Shown: positions 47,266-56,579 of the stretch, in pieces
How positions within the stretch are numbered: position 1 is the first letter of the stretch
Layout of the letters: every line of letters begins with the position of its first letter
Source: a virus
DNA length: 64,000 nt
Virus record (IMG/VR): IMGVR_UViG_3300022752_000023
Span: 1 to 64,000 of that record
Direction: 5' to 3' (one strand)
Position numbers and translations under genes: made by a program
The notes under the pieces: generated by a model
Databases searched by the model: none
Told to the model about the DNA's origin: nothing
What the model saw: only the letters and a program-made list of their open reading frames with translations

Positions 47266-47555
47266 GGTTCGACCGTCACCTGCGCCGTCGTCATTAGCAA
47301 GCCGGCACGCATAGTCGAAATACCGTGAATGGTAATACGGTCGCCCACAATGATTGTGTCGCGGTATTGGACGCTCAGCCGGTCAGGCGCGCTCGGATCC
47401 GGGTAGATCATTTTGGGCGCGCCCTCCGCAAGCACTGTCGGCCCGCTTGTGGTCAGCATCGGCTCCTCGCGCGGAATCGTCACTACGCCGGGCGTTGTCA
47501 TTGTCGAGACCTCGGTTGAAAAAGACGTGAAAGCATAACCGGCCGGGAGGGCCAT
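47262..47555 (-). CDS. Hypothetical protein
   Basis: ORF track; start ambiguous. Confidence 0.5.
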   Translation of the reverse strand: MALPAGYAFTSFSTEVSTMTTPGVVTIPREEPMLTTSGPTVLAEGAPKMIYPDPSAPDRLSVQYRDTIIVGDRITIHGISTMRAGLLMTTAQVTVEP

Positions 47556-47950
47556 ACAACGTAGCGTTCGGAGGAAACGGGCTGTCAGGGTGGTCTGAAT
47601 TTTTAGCGGAAAACTGATGAACCGTGTGAAACGTGTTTTGGTTGTCAGACATGCTGCACTCGTGTGGCGCGGATTATGTTGTCATAATCAGTGGCGCGCC
47701 GTTTGTAGGGGGGTAAATTGGGTCAAAAATTGTGCGTAACCTATTGACGTCATTGAACTTATGACGACGCATTTAAGCGTTTTTTGTCCGAATTGTGTGG
47801 ACCTAGAGTAAGTCCTTCGGACTTACAAGGACACAAGGACATCATTTTTTTTGATCGTGTAGGCATCATTTTGGATGTCTACTGCATGATCGGGGGGTTG
47901 TTCAATTCACGTTGGGCAAACTGGGTAATTTGCCCTGACGTTTGGATAGC

Positions 47951-47996
47951 AAAAAAAAGAGATAGCGTAGGGGCGGGTTTTTCCCGCCCCTACGCT
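47951..47996 (-). terminator. Rho-independent terminator
   Basis: 14-bp stem AGCGTAGGGGCGGG/CCCGCCCCTACGCT followed by T8. Confidence 0.9.
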
Positions 47997-48016
47997 TAAA
48001 AAATCCACGCTGTTTG

Positions 48017-49138
48017 TCAGCGGGTGATGCTGGCCGTCCGGCGCTGAATTGGAATCGGCAGCGGAAAGCTTCCGTCGTGGTTGAGCGCCTTGATGCGTCG
48101 GCTGGTCGCTTCACGGTGCTGCGCCACGTTGTTCCACGTGCGGATGCACATGGCGAGCATGTTGATGCCCTCGATACGCGAACCGCCGGGGCGGCTCTTG
48201 TCGCGGATAATCTGCTCGCGCAACTGGTGCACGGGAGACTTTTCATCCAGATTGGCGCCAAGCGCTAACCCACGCACAAACGCGTTGGCGGCAGAGTTAG
48301 ACTGCATTTCCGAGATGATAGCGTGAGCGGTTGCAATAACAGCCAGCGACACCAGCGCCCGTGTCGGAGGAATACCGAGGCCGCTGCAGTATTCAACAGA
48401 TTCCTGTAGCTGCGGAGACAGCTGAAACAGCCTGAGCACGCGGTTATTTGGCAGGCGATCGCGCAGATTCTCCATGTAGAACGGATTATCCGGCGGCAGT
48501 TCCTGCGTCATGTTCATGTACTGCGCCTGCAGCCTGATGGCATGACTCCAGACGCTCTCGTTGACGTCCAGCAGGTCGACGGTCGCCAGCTGAGCGCCGA
48601 CGTACAGCGTATCGCGCGTTTTACGCGGATTGCCGCAGTCAAACGTATCGAACACGCTTGGATGGAGCCCAATGACCGGGATCATCAGCAGCGGTTTGAC
48701 TTTCTTTCCAGAAGACCGGCCAGCGGCAAACGCGGCGATCACGCTCTGCAGCGTGTGCTGCTTGTCCTGCATTGCCGTGTTCGAAAACGGCAGCGTCGAC
48801 GAGACGCCGTTAAACCGCCACTCGCCGTTCAGGATCGTCTGCGTCAGCGCACGAATATTCGGCTTGCTGGTCTTTCTGTTTGCCGTGTTATACGGCATCA
48901 GCGCTTCAGCGACGACATCGTCAACCGCGATTGGCACAAAGCTGTCCAGTCGCTGCGGCCTCCGCCGCGGATCTCCTTCCGGCAGCGGGTTGCCATCTGC
49001 ATCAACCGTCGGCCCGGGCAACGTCGCCGGCAGCGTGCGCCGCGCAGGATCAGGACACTCACGCTGCAGCATTTCCAGCGCCAGCAGGTTTTGATCGTCA
49101 AGATAAGGCCAAAAACGTGATTGTTCGTTCCTTGCCAT
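48017..49138 (-). CDS. ParB/DGQHR-like phage protein with altered motif (DKQHT)
   Basis: NTANR...GEWRFNG...QDKQHTL..VI...FDTFDCG.PR. Confidence 0.55.
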   Translation of the reverse strand: MARNEQSRFWPYLDDQNLLALEMLQRECPDPARRTLPATLPGPTVDADGNPLPEGDPRRRPQRLDSFVPIAVDDVVAEALMPYNTANRKTSKPNIRALTQTILNGEWRFNGVSSTLPFSNTAMQDKQHTLQSVIAAFAAGRSSGKKVKPLLMIPVIGLHPSVFDTFDCGNPRKTRDTLYVGAQLATVDLLDVNESVWSHAIRLQAQYMNMTQELPPDNPFYMENLRDRLPNNRVLRLFQLSPQLQESVEYCSGLGIPPTRALVSLAVIATAHAIISEMQSNSAANAFVRGLALGANLDEKSPVHQLREQIIRDKSRPGGSRIEGINMLAMCIRTWNNVAQHREATSRRIKALNHDGSFPLPIPIQRRTASITR

Positions 49139-49145
49139 TTTTATA

Positions 49146-49412
49146 TTACTCCTTGGGTGAAGAAACAGCCTTTGAAACCGGAATAAACGCAGAAGCAATT
49201 ACACGCAGCTGTTGCCCGTCGATTTCGACCGGCACAAGTTCGTCGTTTACAAGTTGACGCACGATCTTCGGGCCGCGTGTATTCCCGCACAAGATGCTTT
49301 TTCCTGTGCTACTGGGTTTGCGTTTATCTTCGGGGATCAGCGGAATGCGCAACACAATGACGTCATCTTCAAGTGTTGCCACAATTGCGCCGATCGGACT
49401 CTTGCTCGGCAT
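49146..49412 (-). CDS. Small phage hypothetical protein
   Basis: PSSTGKSIL...TRG motif. Confidence 0.7.
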   Translation of the reverse strand: MPSKSPIGAIVATLEDDVIVLRIPLIPEDKRKPSSTGKSILCGNTRGPKIVRQLVNDELVPVEIDGQQLRVIASAFIPVSKAVSSPKE

Positions 49413-49478
49413 TTTGCGTTCTTTGCCGCGCATTACGGTTGGTTTTAACGAAATTTTTTCCACAAAGCACAAAGGTGG

Positions 49479-49814
49479 TTAGGCAACTACTTCCGGTTCG
49501 TTGCTGGGTTCCGGTTCTGCCGGTGCTTCAACTTCCGGCAGCATGTCATACAGCCCCATCTCCATATCGAGGATCATGGGGTTGGGTACGTCCGAGCCGC
49601 CGTATATTAAGCAGCGAACGTGCGGCTCGGCTGGTTTGCCGGCAATATGCTCGTGCAGCATCGAGAACGTGATGATGTAAAACCGCTCTGCCGGCAATCG
49701 GTCGATAAGCTCCTGCGGCAGCGATCGGTTGTATTTCATTACGTCGCGCGACAGATAGTTAATACGGTCAAGAAACTCTTTGTCTAAGTACTTGTATTTT
49801 TTGACTTCAGCCAT
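49479..49814 (-). CDS. Hypothetical protein
   Basis: ORF track. Confidence 0.7.
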   Translation of the reverse strand: MAEVKKYKYLDKEFLDRINYLSRDVMKYNRSLPQELIDRLPAERFYIITFSMLHEHIAGKPAEPHVRCLIYGGSDVPNPMILDMEMGLYDMLPEVEAPAEPEPSNEPEVVA

Positions 49815-49819
49815 TGCTG

Positions 49820-50077
49820 TTAGCGTTTGCGCTCCTGTTGCGCGTTGTGAAATTTGATGATGGCGTCTGCTGCCTGCTTGGATTCGGCGTCACTGTATCC
49901 TTCAAGCTTGACGCGTTCTTTGACGTAACGGTGTTCAAAAGACGAATGATCTGGCTCAAACGTAGCGTGCTGCGGAGCCGGCGCTTTTATCGACCCAACA
50001 ATTGACGCCATGATTCCAATAATCAGCGCCACGATAAGTACCGGCCAGCCAAATCCGCCGTTGTTGTTTTGATTCAT
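49820..50077 (-). CDS. Small membrane-anchored protein
   Basis: N-terminal hydrophobic helix. Confidence 0.7.
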   Translation of the reverse strand: MNQNNNGGFGWPVLIVALIIGIMASIVGSIKAPAPQHATFEPDHSSFEHRYVKERVKLEGYSDAESKQAADAIIKFHNAQQERKR

Positions 50078-50373
50078 GTGTTTACCTTTCTGTGCGCTTT
50101 GTCTAACGCTTCAACTGCTTTTGTTAGTTCGGGCATCCGTTCATCGTCGTCAAACATACCGTCGCCTTTTGTGTTGGCTTCGTACACAGTTTCATCGCCG
50201 CAGTTTGGATAATCAGCGCGAAAGCGACCGTGCCGGAGTCGCAAATAGCCGGCTTGTTTGCCGTTGCCGTCTAGCACGTCGTACTGCTCGGGGCACGCCA
50301 TTGATGTTTGCTTAAGCGTGTAACCGCCGATGCGAAGATCAGGTTCGTCCCAGTTTGGGTCATTATGCGTCAC
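50074..50373 (-). CDS. Hypothetical protein
   Basis: ACPEQYDV...GYLRLRHG motif. Confidence 0.7.
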   Translation of the reverse strand: MTHNDPNWDEPDLRIGGYTLKQTSMACPEQYDVLDGNGKQAGYLRLRHGRFRADYPNCGDETVYEANTKGDGMFDDDERMPELTKAVEALDKAHRKVNT

Positions 50374-50623
50374 TTGGAGGCTCCATGTCGCTAGTGCTGA
50401 TGTTGGGAAATTGCTCGCGAAACTGCTTTTTGGTCCAGAAGATATCTTTATGCCCCTCGGCTGCTAGCTCCATGTCGGTTTCCATAGGGTAGTGGCGCAA
50501 AACGCGAAGCGCGCGCTGCCTGATTTCTCTGGGCACTTTCGGCGTTTTCTTTGGGTCCAGCAGGTCGTATAAGAATTCGCGCGCGTATTTAACAGCGCGG
50601 AATCTTTCGTCGGGCATAGTCAT
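50363..50623 (-). CDS. BPSL0761-like small protein
   Basis: MTMPDERFRAV...IRQRALRVLRHYP. Confidence 0.7.
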   Translation of the reverse strand: MTMPDERFRAVKYAREFLYDLLDPKKTPKVPREIRQRALRVLRHYPMETDMELAAEGHKDIFWTKKQFREQFPNISTSDMEPPSDA

Positions 50624-50625
50624 TT

Positions 50626-50817
50626 TTAATCTTTTTCCTCGTCTTCGTCGTTGCGGTAATAACCTTCGCTGGCGTCTACAAGTTCCATAACGCACGCCGA
50701 GTGTTCTACGATATTTTGTTCGTCAATCCAGTCGAGTGCTTGCGGTTGATGCGCAAACGGCCCGTGAATTGAATAACCCATTTCAGGGTTGCCAACAACT
50801 GCCACCCATCTAGGCAT
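50626..50817 (-). CDS. Hypothetical protein
   Basis: GNP..G...HGPF. Confidence 0.6.
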   Translation of the reverse strand: MPRWVAVVGNPEMGYSIHGPFAHQPQALDWIDEQNIVEHSACVMELVDASEGYYRNDEDEEKD

Positions 50818-51266
50818 TATGTTTCCTCTTTTGGTTCATTTTCCAGTTCATCACCTTTGCGGTTTTTCACCGGTGTATAGCCGTTTTCATCGGCCTGCGC
50901 CGGCGACAATGTGCGCAGCCAATACCCGGTTGAGCACATCTCACCTTTATTGCCGGTGACTTCGCAGATGTTGTACGACATAGCTTCTGCCATGCTGCAC
51001 ACGCCTTCTACATAATCGTCGCCGCCGTTGTAGTACAGCCGTAACCCGCCAAACTTTTCTTTGATTTGTACAAACTCAACAGGCGGGCATTCCGGGCGAT
51101 ATTTTATGTGGTTTGCAATACACGCGCACGCGTTGTAAAGCAGGTCAAACCATCCGTCGCCACACTCGCAGCCAAAACACATGAGCGATTCGGTCGGCGG
51201 TTTTTCTGCTCCTTTAAACAGCTCGGGGAATTTTGCAACAAGCTGCAGCTCAAGTTCGTCTCTCAT
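50817..51266 (-). CDS. Conserved phage hypothetical protein
   Basis: CGDGW...QIKEKFGGLRLY...CEVTG. Confidence 0.75.
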   Translation of the reverse strand: MRDELELQLVAKFPELFKGAEKPPTESLMCFGCECGDGWFDLLYNACACIANHIKYRPECPPVEFVQIKEKFGGLRLYYNGGDDYVEGVCSMAEAMSYNICEVTGNKGEMCSTGYWLRTLSPAQADENGYTPVKNRKGDELENEPKEET

Positions 51267-51555
51267 TTTTTCCGTCCTTGGGTTTACGGGTTTTGACGGG
51301 TTTTCTTGCTGCACGTTCAAATTTTTGCAGCAGGTCGACAATGGCGTCTTGCACGTCAAACGTTTTGCCTAGCTCGTCAAACGCAGATGGTTCGCGTAAA
51401 TATGGATCTTCTTTGCAGCCTTTAAACGCCGCGTTGTACTCGCGAATTAGCTCGATTTTGCGCGCGCCAAGTGCCGAGTTAACAACTCTGAGCGCTTCGT
51501 AGGCTAACTGCGCTTCTTGCGCTGTGAGTTTCATGTTATTCAGCCATCGCGACAA
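51250..51555 (-). CDS. Hypothetical protein
   Basis: ORF track. Confidence 0.6.
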   Translation of the reverse strand: MSRWLNNMKLTAQEAQLAYEALRVVNSALGARKIELIREYNAAFKGCKEDPYLREPSAFDELGKTFDVQDAIVDLLQKFERAARKPVKTRKPKDGKNERRT

Positions 51556-52078
51556 CGCGCCGACTGTTTTTCTTTTCTGTTAGAGTAACCGGCGCGACGT
51601 GCTTGAGTTGTGAGCCGGGAATCAGTGCCGCCATGTGCCGCAAGAACGTCTGCTCAAATTCGGCTTTGGTCAAATCGGAGTAGGTGCCCATGCTGCCTTT
51701 GTGATAAACCATTTCGCCGCGATAAAGCAGCTTTCCTTCTTTGGTCATACGGCAGCGCCACGAGCACACACAACCAGATCGACGGTTCCACACCTCAAGA
51801 CCGACTATGACGTCTTCTTTGCGTACGTATTTACCGCATTTGCCGACCGGAATTTCCAGCTCTTCGAGGTCCTGATCGTAGTGTGGCACTATGATATCTT
51901 TGGCGCTTTCCCACACAGCTGGAATACAGGTATCCATAAAGGCCGCGTGCTGTCTGGCGAGCTGGTCGTCTTTCTTTTTTTCTTTAGCTATTAGCTCGTC
52001 GCAAACTTTTCTTTGCGCCGCGACTATTAAACTTAAAAGCTCATGGTTCTGTTGTTCCACTTTTGTCCTCAATAACAT
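51536..52078 (-). CDS. Hypothetical protein
   Basis: ORF track. Confidence 0.65.
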   Translation of the reverse strand: MLLRTKVEQQNHELLSLIVAAQRKVCDELIAKEKKKDDQLARQHAAFMDTCIPAVWESAKDIIVPHYDQDLEELEIPVGKCGKYVRKEDVIVGLEVWNRRSGCVCSWRCRMTKEGKLLYRGEMVYHKGSMGTYSDLTKAEFEQTFLRHMAALIPGSQLKHVAPVTLTEKKNSRRVVAMAE

Positions 52079-52310
52079 CCCAGCCGATATGCCGAAAGAC
52101 GCGCTGCGTCGCGCGAAAGTCGTCGCCGTCGTCGAGTCCGGGTACTATCAGCACGAGGGTTTTGTTTTTCTTATCAATACGGAACGTGGTGCCTGATCTA
52201 GGAATTCCCCACACCGCGTCTTGCGCAGCAGCCGCCACGAGACTGCGACACCACATCAGCACTGACTCGGACGGATTATCTAGCTCAAAATTGTTATTGA
52301 GCGCTACCAT
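52041..52310 (-). CDS. Hypothetical protein
   Basis: ORF track. Confidence 0.6.
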   Translation of the reverse strand: MVALNNNFELDNPSESVLMWCRSLVAAAAQDAVWGIPRSGTTFRIDKKNKTLVLIVPGLDDGDDFRATQRVFRHIGWDVIEDKSGTTEP

Positions 52311-52812
52311 CGGATTTCGTTTCTCCGGCGGTCAAGGGTTCAGTCTTAAAGTAGTTGTTAGCAGCTGCGGCCCGGATATAGTCGCCCACCAAAAGGTCGT
52401 GTCCAACCTCGATTGCGGCGAACTTGGCCAGCGTTTCATCCAGATACTCCGCGTCCATAACAAGCGAATCTGGCCACGACGCTGCTTCCTCGGCGTATAG
52501 TTGGTCCGCGCCGTTGGCTTTGTAAAACTTTATTACTTCGTTGCGGTAGAACTCTTCTGCCGCTGGGCCGCGTAAAATCTTGGTTTCAACGGCTGCCTCT
52601 GCCGTGTTGTCGTCGTCATCGTGCGCGTCAGCGAGACGGAGCGTGCAGAGACAGCCCGAAAGTTGCGCGATAATTGTCGCCACGGTTTCGTCGTCTTGTT
52701 TTTCGCAGAAGCTGCTGGCAAAAGCCCGCAGCAGCAGCTCTTCGATAAGCTCTGCGGTTACTGGTTCTTTGTTTGCAACCAGATACTGCAGCCGTAAATC
52801 TTCTCTGCTCAT
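52294..52812 (-). CDS. Hypothetical protein
   Basis: ORF track. Confidence 0.65.
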   Translation of the reverse strand: MSREDLRLQYLVANKEPVTAELIEELLLRAFASSFCEKQDDETVATIIAQLSGCLCTLRLADAHDDDDNTAEAAVETKILRGPAAEEFYRNEVIKFYKANGADQLYAEEAASWPDSLVMDAEYLDETLAKFAAIEVGHDLLVGDYIRAAAANNYFKTEPLTAGETKSDGSAQ

Positions 52813-53183
52813 ACAGAACTCGCTTCTGGTTTAGGGTCGAGGCGCTTGTGAAGCTCGTCGCGCCACACATATGCCTGCGAGCCGCGGCCAAACTTGGTTG
52901 GGCAGTTGATATCAAAATCGCGGATCATGCTGGACAGCGCGTCTAGTCCGTAGATTCCGCGCATCTGGTTGACCGGTTTGCCGTCAGGCCCAGAGATGGT
53001 GTACTTCGGGTTACTGAAATCGCTCTCGTAAATCGTGGTGCAGCGGTCGACCATTTCCTGCGGCACGCCTACGTCCAAAAACGCTTGTGGTTCAAATATC
53101 GTGTGGCCGTCGCAGATGTCTGCTGCGGCGAGCACAATGTGCGCGGGAATGTCAGTCCATTTGATGGTATGACCTTCAGTCAT
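52809..53183 (-). CDS. Hypothetical protein
   Basis: GAGGAG RBS before MTEGH. Confidence 0.7.
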   Translation of the reverse strand: MTEGHTIKWTDIPAHIVLAAADICDGHTIFEPQAFLDVGVPQEMVDRCTTIYESDFSNPKYTISGPDGKPVNQMRGIYGLDALSSMIRDFDINCPTKFGRGSQAYVWRDELHKRLDPKPEASSV

Positions 53184-53415
53184 CTGTCTGCTCCTCGCAT
53201 ATGCTGTCGTAGTTCTGCTCGTCGTCGCTGCTGAGCCCTTCGTATTCGGCGATGCAGCAGCCGCACACAAGCCGATTGATCCATCGATGTGCGTCATCTA
53301 CCTCGATCTCTTCGCCGCAGGCGGCGCACGGAATGATCGTGTCTTCTAGGTAGGCTAGCAGCTTTTCTTCGTCCTGCAACGCGGCGTCTTCGACGCTGTC
53401 GTGGATAGAGTGCAT
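53176..53415 (-). CDS. Small Zn-finger protein
   Basis: CAACG...CGCC. Confidence 0.6.
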   Translation of the reverse strand: MHSIHDSVEDAALQDEEKLLAYLEDTIIPCAACGEEIEVDDAHRWINRLVCGCCIAEYEGLSSDDEQNYDSICEEQTDD

Positions 53416-53429
53416 GATTGTTTTCCTAG

Positions 53430-53463
53430 CGCCCGGGCGGTAGTTTTTGGCTACCGCCCGGGC
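53430..53463. terminator. Intergenic hairpin
   Basis: GCCCGGGCGGTAG/CTACCGCCCGGGC. Confidence 0.55.
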
Positions 53464-53482
53464 AATGGCCTCGGTTTAGATA

Positions 53483-54106
53483 TCAGTCCCAGACGCGGAT
53501 GACGGTGTTGTCCCGGGCAACCGTACGCTGGTAGGTGATCCGATACGTGCCCGGCGGCAGCAGCCAATCGCCGTGCTCCGGGTGCGTGATCGTATTGGCC
53601 TTGGTCAGCCGGAGAATCGGACCCGCAAACGTGAGCATCGCGAGCGCGTCTTGAGCGGTCACCATGTTCGACGGCGCGTTCGGATTGGTCCGGCGCTCGG
53701 CCCACTCCGCCTCCTGCAGGCGCGGCCGCCAGTTCGGCTCCGCAGTGGAGATGCCGCGCATCTCGGCGAGCTGCGCAAACATCTCGCGCGAGTTGGCTTC
53801 TACCGGGCTGTAAACAGTCGCGCCATCGCCGTGAGCCAGACAGTGCCGGCTGCCCTTGGTGTTACCCTCGGCAAGCTGCAGCGGGAATACAGGCTGCAGC
53901 ACACGCGTATAAAGCAGCGGTGTTCCCGAAACGTCGTCGATCTTCTGGATATAAATGTCGCCCTGTCGCGCGGCGTCGCCAACACTGGCCGCCTCGGGGA
54001 ACTGCTGCGGGGCGTCGTTTTTAATCTGCTCAACAGCCGCGGCGGCGGCGCGAAGCCGCGCCACCGTGGCGTGCGAAACTGGGGCGTCAATAACAGCTGT
54101 ACTCAT
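53483..54106 (-). CDS. RQGD/HPEH-motif protein (usual partner of DUF6745)
   Basis: RQGDI...LAEG...H...HPEH...LPPGTY.I..QR; AAAGGAG RBS. Confidence 0.7.
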   Translation of the reverse strand: MSTAVIDAPVSHATVARLRAAAAAVEQIKNDAPQQFPEAASVGDAARQGDIYIQKIDDVSGTPLLYTRVLQPVFPLQLAEGNTKGSRHCLAHGDGATVYSPVEANSREMFAQLAEMRGISTAEPNWRPRLQEAEWAERRTNPNAPSNMVTAQDALAMLTFAGPILRLTKANTITHPEHGDWLLPPGTYRITYQRTVARDNTVIRVWD

Positions 54107-54126
54107 GAAAAACTCCTTTGTGTGAT

Positions 54127-55557
54127 TTAAGATGCACCAATAACTCGAACCGGATTGGCCGCGTACGGAACACGCGCAGTGGTTCCCGCATCCGCCATCC
54201 AACTTTGCGCCTCGGCGCAACTACTAATATTGCGCGGTACGCTAAGAAAATAACGCCTACCCGTGGACCGACAGAACAACACCATTCGGTTTTGACCGGC
54301 GCTGTTTTCATGCCCACGCGGCGGACCAACCAGCATCTCGGTTGTGTTATCAATATCGTTAACACGGCTGTCGAGAATCGGGCAGTCTGCCTCGGCAATA
54401 AATCGATCCCAACCAAACTTTTCAATAGCAAGCCGGCGTGTTTCTTCGTTACGAATGCGCATGATGTGCGCCGTCGATAGTTGCTCCGGCTTTTCGACAA
54501 TCGTTCGGCCGGCTTCGTTCATAAAGTGTCCGTCATTGAACCACAGCTTCACGCCGTCGGCCCACTGGACTGCCGGCCCGGTCGTGCTGTGCAGATTGTC
54601 AGCCTCGTTTAACGCAATACGCGGACGATCAGCAAGAATGATGCACGACGACTGAAACGCAGCAAACGCTGTGCAGTGATGAAACACTTCGTGCTCCCAC
54701 GTCGTTGCTGGGTCGTCGATCTTCAAAATCTTGCACAGAATTTCAGCGTCGATTGCCTGCGGTACGCTGCCGAGAAAAACTCCGTCGGCTGCAAGCGAAT
54801 CAGTTGGGTTGATTAACTCGTCAATTGACACGACTCGATTCAGCTCGCCGATAGCTCCGGCGGTTGAGCTGCTGTCAAAAATGATTTTGTTGGCAACCTC
54901 AGACACTTTCTTTGCTGTTTTTAACACTTCGTTGTTGCGCATCGTCCCGTCCCAGCTACGAAAACTTTCCGTGACTGAACCGAGACCGATAGTGTCGTTA
55001 AACATTGAGCGAAAAAGATTGACTGTAATGGACAAGTTATTTGTCTTGTACATGACAATGTCTTCTACGCTTTGCCCGCGATTACGCCACCAGCGTCGTG
55101 ACAGTCCAAAAGAGTTTGCAACGAGCTTTTCGTTCGACATGTACTCTTTGCGAATTGCCCGCAACCACGTTCGGGTAAACGCGTTGTTTTGCATGTTGCT
55201 CCACCACCGGCGGCGGTCGCTATTCCAACCGAGCAACGAGTCTTTACGCAGCGGACGAATAAACGAGCTGTCAATCTCAAGCTCGCGGCACAGCTCTTTC
55301 GCGTATGTCTTTGTCATCCGGCCGCGTACTACAGCCATTGAAATCATGAACGTGACGGGAGACGCAGCTACGTGAAAAGTCACGGGGCTTTTCTTATAGC
55401 GATCTGACCGAAACGAACCTAAACCGCCTTCGTAACCGGCGCGAAGTATTTCTGCGGCTTTATTGTGGTTCGGTTGGCCGGCGTGAATAGTCTCAAGCCA
55501 GCGATCGATCGTGTTTTCAACAATGGTTCGAGTTGCTTTGGAGATCTTAGATTTCAT
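54127..55557 (-). CDS. DUF6745-like protein
   Basis: LHSTTGPAVQWADG...IRNEETRR.AIEKFGWDRF...CRSTGRRYFLSVP. Confidence 0.75.
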   Translation of the reverse strand: MKSKISKATRTIVENTIDRWLETIHAGQPNHNKAAEILRAGYEGGLGSFRSDRYKKSPVTFHVAASPVTFMISMAVVRGRMTKTYAKELCRELEIDSSFIRPLRKDSLLGWNSDRRRWWSNMQNNAFTRTWLRAIRKEYMSNEKLVANSFGLSRRWWRNRGQSVEDIVMYKTNNLSITVNLFRSMFNDTIGLGSVTESFRSWDGTMRNNEVLKTAKKVSEVANKIIFDSSSTAGAIGELNRVVSIDELINPTDSLAADGVFLGSVPQAIDAEILCKILKIDDPATTWEHEVFHHCTAFAAFQSSCIILADRPRIALNEADNLHSTTGPAVQWADGVKLWFNDGHFMNEAGRTIVEKPEQLSTAHIMRIRNEETRRLAIEKFGWDRFIAEADCPILDSRVNDIDNTTEMLVGPPRGHENSAGQNRMVLFCRSTGRRYFLSVPRNISSCAEAQSWMADAGTTARVPYAANPVRVIGAS

Positions 55558-55558
55558 G

Positions 55559-56014
55559 TTAGATGGTGGTTGCCATGATTGGGTCAACAAACCCGCAGTT
55601 TAGCGTGCTGTCTGTCAGCACAATTTCAAATGTTTCAAAATGATCGCAGTTCTGTACCCAGCTGCGCGGAATATTAATTACTTCGGCAAAGTCATCGCCG
55701 CCGACAAGCTCGCGGCTGTTGTCGTAGTATTCGTCGTCTGTATTTGGGTTGCAGTGCTCGGCGTAAACAACGTGCGCGCCGCTGGCGACGCCCTCGACGT
55801 CTCTCGGGATACCGTTGCTCATGAGGTATACGCCGCGATCGTGCACAAACACTAATCCGGGGCCGACGGGGGTGCGCGTTTCCGGCGGCTCTAATCCAAG
55901 CTCGCGAAACTGCTCGTCCGTCATGTTCTCGTGGCCCATGTCAAACTCTGTCGCAGCGTATGCGTGCTCAAGGCAGCGCTTTACCTCCGCGGCTTTAAAC
56001 CTTAACACTGGCAT
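55559..56014 (-). CDS. DUF3085-like protein
   Basis: VHDRGVYLMSNG...YAEHCNP...GGDDFAE. Confidence 0.75.
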   Translation of the reverse strand: MPVLRFKAAEVKRCLEHAYAATEFDMGHENMTDEQFRELGLEPPETRTPVGPGLVFVHDRGVYLMSNGIPRDVEGVASGAHVVYAEHCNPNTDDEYYDNSRELVGGDDFAEVINIPRSWVQNCDHFETFEIVLTDSTLNCGFVDPIMATTI

Positions 56015-56369
56015 CGTCTAGCTCTTTCTCTAGGTTTTTACCTCTACCAAACATCCACGCATCGCCGTCTTCCGGTCGAATGCGGCGCAGCCAATCAGCA
56101 ACGCTCGGGATGTAGCCAAGGTCTTCGTTGACGTGCTGCTCGCCGATATACCGTACCGGCACGACGCGCCCGTCAGAATTCGTGATTACTTTTCCGAAGA
56201 TTCGTTCTGATAAGAAAATCCCTTCGGAATGGTGCCGCAGCGCGCGATGACGAAAATCTGCTATATGCGCCTTGGACCCATCAAACCATTCGTGGATAGC
56301 GAGATAGTCGTCTACCTCGCCTCCCCACTTGCGCACTGACGACAGCGCGTGGTGGTACGGATGTGCCAT
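55995..56369 (-). CDS. DUF6915-like protein
   Basis: MAHPYHHALSSVRKWGG...HRALRHH...EQHV.EDLG.IPS. Confidence 0.8.
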   Translation of the reverse strand: MAHPYHHALSSVRKWGGEVDDYLAIHEWFDGSKAHIADFRHRALRHHSEGIFLSERIFGKVITNSDGRVVPVRYIGEQHVNEDLGYIPSVADWLRRIRPEDGDAWMFGRGKNLEKELDDASVKV

Positions 56370-56578
56370 TAGTCTCCTGTGTACAAATCCAGCACAGACG
56401 CAAGAGCGCTGTGTGTCGCTGACCAGTCCATTTTTTCTTCTGCAATTTCTGCCGCGCGCTCCCAGTCTTCGTTGTCTTCGCGGTTAAATTGATCTGCAAA
56501 CCACCACGCCGCGATAACGTTTCTGACTCCGCTTTTTTTGGCAGCTTGTAGTTTTCTTATTGCTTCGTCGATGGTCAT
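56369..56578 (-). CDS. Hypothetical protein
   Basis: MTIDEAI; coupled to its neighbour. Confidence 0.6.
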   Translation of the reverse strand: MTIDEAIRKLQAAKKSGVRNVIAAWWFADQFNREDNEDWERAAEIAEEKMDWSATHSALASVLDLYTGD

Positions 56579-56579
56579 A

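Noticed and set aside
47383-47652. Programmed frameshift joining 47383-47652 with 47262-47555
   Set aside because: The frames overlap, but there is no clear slippery site or homology to decide; left unresolved.
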